In this document: positions 58,001-64,000 of the stretch, piece by piece
How the letters are laid out: each line of letters starts with the position of its first letter
Numbering within the stretch: the stretch's first letter is position 1
The notes under the pieces: model-generated
What the model was told of the DNA's origin: nothing
Database searches by the model: none
What the model saw: only the letters and a program-made list of their open reading frames with translations
Made by a program: the position numbers and the translations under genes
Assembly: GCA_012295275.1 (NCBI GenBank)
Contig: CM022667.1
Location: 17,546,001-17,610,000 of the forward strand
DNA length: 64,000 nucleotides
From: Chrysomallon squamiferum
Lineage: Eukaryota; Animalia; Mollusca
Direction: 5' to 3'

Positions 58001-61000
58001 AACTAACAATTAAACAGCAAAAATGTTTTAACTGTTATTTATTCTGTTTTTCTTACCTCATGTTATCATAGTTATTGAAGAGACTTGTATACTCCACTGA
58101 CCGCTGTTGTAATTCAACATTCGTACTGCTACCAAACATCTGAACCACTCGCTGAATCAGCCTGCAGTAATTAAAACAAAAGTAATATTCAATATTGTTT
58201 TTATAATTGATCAAAGCAATAAGGTTGCATTATTAACTGATTTAAAGTTAATTTCTTTGCTGATTTTACCACAGTTAACTGCTTATCAGGAATACTCAAT
58301 TATAACAAGTGTTTAATATACCTGAACAAAGTTTAATAGTATTTGCAAATTAACTTTTTCCATGTAAGTAAAATAATTATCATTAAAAAAATAATAGCTA
58401 ATGAAACAATATAAAAACTTACAATTTTGAATGTGTGAACCTTGAACTTAATTTCATGACAGCAGTCATGGCATATTCCTTGGTTACTGGGATGGAGTTG
58501 TTGTTTGCTAGAATCTTCTCTAACAGCTTGATAATATCTTCCTCGGTAGCCTGGAAGCAAATTAATCACATTTATGGTAATGGAATTAATTAATTTTTTG
58601 ATTTTTATAAAAGCTGTATTGTAAACACAGTGAAAATCTCTGACTCACATCAAGAGGTGGTTCATCTTCCAGTGTTTCTGTAAACAAATCTTCTCCATAT
58701 TCTCCTATACACCACGATGCAACCTGCACTAGTGGCTGCTGACTAATATCATTGACAATGGCTTTGTACAATTGTTGAGCAGTGTAACCATGCAAAGTCT
58801 TTGCCTCTGCTATCAGTTGAATAAGGATTGACACAACATCAGATTTGAGATGGTTGCCAGCCTAAAAACAAAATATTAAGATTAAAAATATCCATCCCTT
58901 TTATTAAATCTGATTTTAACTCTCCTTCACTTTATCACATACTTACAGTGACACACACATATATATACTCCCACAAAGACATTATTTTTAAATTTATTAA
59001 AAAGAAAAAGAAACAGCAACAACAAAAATGAAATTAGCTCTTGATGGAAAGTTATTAATTACTCACCAAACATACCAGGAATTGCTTACTATCACAGAAA
59101 GTCTGCATATAATTATACATGCAGGATTTCATATCTAATACATGAAAACAAATAACTGATTAAAAAACTGTTAAGAAGAACTTACCATTGTCAAAACCTT
59201 CATTATTGTATCTATGTGCCATCTTTTATTTGGTGCATATCTGAAATATCATATACAAAATATTTCATAAAATTTAGTAAACATAACATCAAACTACATT
59301 TACAGTCCAATGAAATCGTTATTGGAAACCAGTTTTATAAAAGTTTGAAAAAATGCATAAATTAAACACATATAAAACTTGAAAAATTGTAAAAATAAAA
59401 TCATACTTTGTTGCCGCCATTATGATGCTTGAACTGCAGTCAGATTTGAACTCGACGTCACAAGTCTCAAGAAAATGAAGCAATTCTTTCATCATCCCTC
59501 GTACGTTGTTGGAATTGACTAAAGCAAATGAAAGCTCCATGGCTCGTCTGATAAAATAAAGAACAAGCATGTTGGAGCAGACAGTAATTTACTGCATCAC
59601 AATTTTATCAGGAAATTTTAGATTTTACTGAAATTATATTTTCCAATAACATAATGTTGCTGGGCAAAAATACAGAAATGAAACTGTGTTTTCAATGGTT
59701 AATAACTAGTTTTCATGAGGAATAAAAGTAATTAGAAACCATATAAATATATTTTGCTATTATCAGACAATTATAAATAATTTAATATGATGTACATCTT
59801 TTTTGCATTACAATAAGATAAAAGAAACCAAAAAAGAAAACAAAGAAAACAAAGAAAATCTTGAGTAACAGTAACATACTTTCTTATAGAAACATCAGGA
59901 TCTTTGAGGCAGTCTACGATGGTTGTTCGATGTCTCTGAACAGCATTGTAGTCAGCATGTACCACACGTAACAGCGTGTTCAAGGCAACATACCTGATAA
60001 ATATTTCATTTCAGTATAGACAAAGCATTTTAAAAATATCTGGAAACAATAGTTATGAAAATGTTCCCTGCCAAGCAAAAGAGTTCCAACAAACTCTACT
60101 TACTTCTATTATTGAGACAGTAATTCAAGTATCCGAATTTAATACATATATGGAAGAGGGAAAATGTAAGCAAATCCAAAACTAAAGGTTTTAATTTTAA
60201 TTCAAATCAGTAATAACCAAAATAATAATAATGTCCTTTTCAAACTGTCAAACAACATGGAATAAATTTAAAATATTCATACACACAAAAATTATAATTT
60301 GAAAAAAAAAGAGAGAAAACTTCTAGAACATAACCAGGTAAATAAAATGCTAAATCTTACCTAATATTTTTATCATTGTTTAAAAGAAATCTTCCTAAAA
60401 TATTTACAGCTAGAACCTGAAAAAAAAAGGAAAAAGAAAAAAGAATATACATATATGATTAAAATCTAGAAACACATTTAAATATCTAAAAACCACAATC
60501 AAGAAAAAAGAATATACATATGTAATTAAAATCTAGAAACACATTTAAATATCTAAACACCACAATCTAACACTTTCAAAAACAAAAATTTATAAAATAA
60601 AAATAAAAATGAAGTAAATGTTTAAATAAGGATTTTTGTATGTCTAAATATTTATTAAGTATGAAACATTTTTTCTTTTTTTAACTGCTACATAATTAGT
60701 GTTACTATGTTAACAGTTTGTGTTTAAACACTTACCCGTAAGCCAGCTTCGGACTGGATGCCCATAATTGTAAGCACTATTTCATACAGGATAGCATGGC
60801 CAACATTTTTACTTGTGTCGGTGTTAGTGGCTACCTAGGAAAAATATTAAAATTAAAATATTATCTTTAAAAATACTAAGCAGCATTAAAAAATTAAAAA
60901 ATAAAATAATAACAACAAAAAAATATAACATAAAAATATTTAATGACAGAAATCAACAGCAACTTAAGGTTCAAAAAGCACTTCTTTAAAAACAAATTTC

Positions 61001-61729
61001 TGATGCTTTTAGCTAAATATAATCTGAATTAAATACACTAAGTTGAGCAAAAAACAAAAAAGAAAGATAAAATAATTGTTATAATAACAATTCGGGTAAA
61101 TAACATATATACTTCTGCGAAGGTATCTCAGTCTTTTGCTTCTACTGATTTTGTAATAACAGAAAAGTAAACAACAAAAACAGTTAATGTAGAATAATTT
61201 AAATTTACTTGTGCTAAGATATCATTCATGGTCTCACTGGCATCAGCATCATTCTTGCCAAGAATTCTCAGTAATCTCAGAATTTTTACCTGTAATTTAA
61301 ACAATCAAATATATTTTAAAGAGAGAGAGAGCCAAAAAAAAAAAAAAAAAAAAAACAACACGAAAAAACAACAAGAAGCAGCAGCAGCAAGTTACGTTAA
61401 GTTAAACAGAAATCTATTAAGGGAGATTGAAAAAGATCATCGAGCAATACATGGTTAAAATATATTAAAAAATAATCATAAATAAAGGAAACATTTTATT
61501 AAAATAAGAAAAGATATAATTATAACTAAAATTTATTTGCTTAGCTTAATTTTTCATCATTTCTTTAGACATTAAAATTAATATCTTTCATTACTGAAAT
61601 ATATTTATCTCCAATAAAAAAAAAAATGTTTACCTGGAGAAAGGGATCACTGACTCCTGATACATCATGTTCTGGTGAGTAACCTGCCATTATCAAATTT
61701 TTCAATATTCGCACCAGCTGGGGAACAAG
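55017..61729 (-). CDS. AP1G1: AP-1 complex subunit gamma (gamma-adaptin), 5'-partial
   Basis: Exons 61729..61634, 61289..61209, 60834..60736, 60416..60361, 59993..59880, 59547..59407, 59240..59186, 58861..58649, 58550..58423, 58161..58057, 57746..57605, 57456..57318, 56765..56682, 56305..56145, 55624..55526, 55118..55017. Motifs [80 protein letters not shown], hinge DLLDLLG, and GAE ear FQAAVPKSFQLQL...NNFPQGLWQ*. Upstream exons lie beyond the window. Confidence 0.97.
60434..60567. repeat. Tandem duplication of a ~67-bp intronic unit
   Basis: AAGAAAAAAGAATATACATAT(AT/GT)..TTAAAATCTAGAAACACATTTAAATATCTAAA.ACCACAATC occurs twice. Confidence 0.9.
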
Positions 61730-62152
61730 CTACAAATGAAATAAATTCCATTTATTATCTCTGTTTCAAAATTAATTTTTCAGATTTTTAAATAATGACA
61801 ATTTCTCAGTAATATATCTTTATCTATCTATATATTAATCAATTTTTATTTTTATTATTATTTTCCAAAATTGATTTATACAAAAATGATTATCTGTTGA
61901 ACAATAATATAATTATTTATATAATATAATTGTATTAACTATTACTCTTCTTTTATTATTATTTAAAATCACAGATTTATTTTTAAGTGAAAACATCAAG
62001 AGATTTTTGTACAAATGTTTCCTCGTACATCTGAATATTTCCATGCACCCGATCTCTGAGTATCAGTATTTTTTTTATATTTAGTTAGGACTTATTTAAC
62101 AAATAGTGTCATGCAATGGTTAACTGAACTGCAAATTACAAATCAATATTAA

Positions 62153-63419
62153 GGGGACAAGTTTTTGAGATTCTGACATGACCATTTACAAATGTTATTC
62201 ATCTTTCTATTCATACAAGTTAAAAAGTCCAAATAAATTTTATTATGTCCAAAAAAAATGCATTTTGTGAGGTGCCTGTCACTGAAATTTACACATTTTA
62301 GCCAAATCCTGCATTTATTTCCAGGTTTTATTTTTGATATGTGTTTCTTGAAACGGCCATGAAAATTTACATTCTCATACCACTGGAAAGCCCCATTTTC
62401 ACTGAGCATTATGGGAACAATGTTCTAAAAATAGACACAAAATTCATCGAGATATTCCTTCATTTAATGCGCCACCCTCTGAAAATATGAGAGAAAAAAT
62501 TAAGATAGTGCCGCCCATGGATTGGTCACATGATATCACATGACTTGTTACCACATTCTGATTTGTTATCAGCATTATTTCCTGTGACACTGTTTACTTC
62601 CATTCATGGACTTTTTGCCTTGAGTGTATTAAGATTTAATTTTTTGCAATCATGGAGACTTACTGTGGAAAGAAAACCAATACAAAATACAGATTTGGTA
62701 AACAAAAGCTATTGGACACAACAATTACAGTCTGCACGAGAAAAACTGCAGAAAAGAACAAGAGACTGCTGAAACAAGTGATGTTATTGAAGAAATGGAA
62801 TCAATCTTTCAGTGGCTGCTGGAGATCAGCATGCACCAGAAACTTCCCAAAAGAAAATTGGAACATGTTTTGGAAATTGATGATGAATATAAAGATCATT
62901 GTCAATTTGTTAGTGATGATAGCTGTCTTCTTGTGAATTTTAAATGTTATTATGTTATTATAAGTTTCAATAACAAATGAGAATTAACTCTTTTTGCACT
63001 ACACAGTGTAATAACATCTAATAAAAAAGAGGTTTTTTAGATAAATGTTTCAGTTTTTTTAAAGAAGGAAATAGATACACACAGTTATCATAATAATTAT
63101 ACACATCACCCCAGTAGTTAGAACAAGTGGAAATATAGTTATTAATCTTTGTTCGCTATTTTCTCACATTTTGTTTTTCGTACTTTTTTTGTTGGTGCTA
63201 CATTAAAACTATACGCACTAGAGATCCCAAATTTGGAATATGTATTTTTATAAACAAACACTAGTAAATGACAAGAAGAAAATCTTGAAAATGTTATCCA
63301 TTCTTCTGATAATGTGTCAAGTACAAAAAAATACACGTGAAAATGTAATAATTTAAATCATTTCTTCTTGTTACTTTCTAGAAATACATGCTTCTGATGA
63401 ACCCCAGCAGTTTAAATAT

Positions 63420-63455
<36 letters not shown>

Positions 63456-63665
63456 TAGTTTGGGTTGGAGAGGTCCAGGAAACTGGGTACTAAAATGCAA
63501 AAAAAAAGAGCAAAAAATAAAAGTACCATTTGTCATAAAAATTAAGCTGGTACTAGTGTTTTATAGTAACAAATGGGGATTATTTCCCCAAGTTCCAATT
63601 CTGTAAGTATAAAATAAATAATAATAATAAAAAAACGGTTTTGGTTTTTTGCCTAGTTTGTCCCC
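62153..63665. mobile_element. ~1.5-kb non-autonomous DNA transposon with TTAA duplication (Kolobok-like)
   Basis: TTAA|GGGGACAA ... TTGTCCCC|TTAA: short TIR starting with purines and a TTAA TSD. Broken internal ORF remnants at 62530-62980. Confidence 0.7.
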
Positions 63666-64000
63666 TTAATATATTTATTCTTTTGTATTTACACTAAATA
63701 AACAAAAATAATACTACAAAGTTTAATCACAATAACAAACATATTTTGTCAATTATATATGCAAGCAAACTCACAACAACAACAACAAAAAAAGCACAAA
63801 CTATTTTCTAACATGCAGAAATCAAATTAATACAATAAGATTTCACCTAATAATGAAAAATAAAGAAAAGAATGTGTGGGAAAACAATAAATATTTTCCT
63901 AATATAAACAACCACTGTGCTATAATTCTGCTCTAAATGTATCTATAGCGTAAAAAACAAAACTAATTATTCCTGTGGCATGACATCTAAAAATCTCGCT

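Noticed and set aside
63370-63395. 3- or 6-nt microexon-like strings in the AP1G1 intron
   Set aside because: They lie inside the transposon-derived insertion and are probably chance matches.

Overview
AT-rich, intron-rich eukaryotic DNA from an invertebrate animal (probably a mollusc; this is inference, not proven). Eight spliced protein-coding genes can be reconstructed from GT-AG boundaries with consistent phases. In order: 3' end of RNF14 (+); a membrane-anchored ML/MD-2-like lipid-recognition protein (-); a small two-exon precursor of two amidated peptides (+); carbonic anhydrase-related protein CA8 (-); PTPN1/PTPN2-type phosphatase (-); MDP1 (-); SDR39U1 (+); and the 3' part of AP1G1 (-). 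Introns and intergenic DNA hold remnants of Tigger/pogo, Tc1/mariner, piggyBac, hAT and Kolobok-like DNA transposons, plus mini- and microsatellites. The best candidate for an undescribed system is the 79-aa precursor at 8740-9518. It would release two related 16-mers ending DVxHGR-amide that I do not recognise, has a TATA promoter with a kappaB-like site that is duplicated 2 kb downstream, and lies head-to-head with the ML gene. Also notable are candidate microexons in the PTP and AP1G1 genes, alternative CA8 N-termini, and a probable frameshift in the last ML exon. All coordinates were read by hand and no database searches were run.
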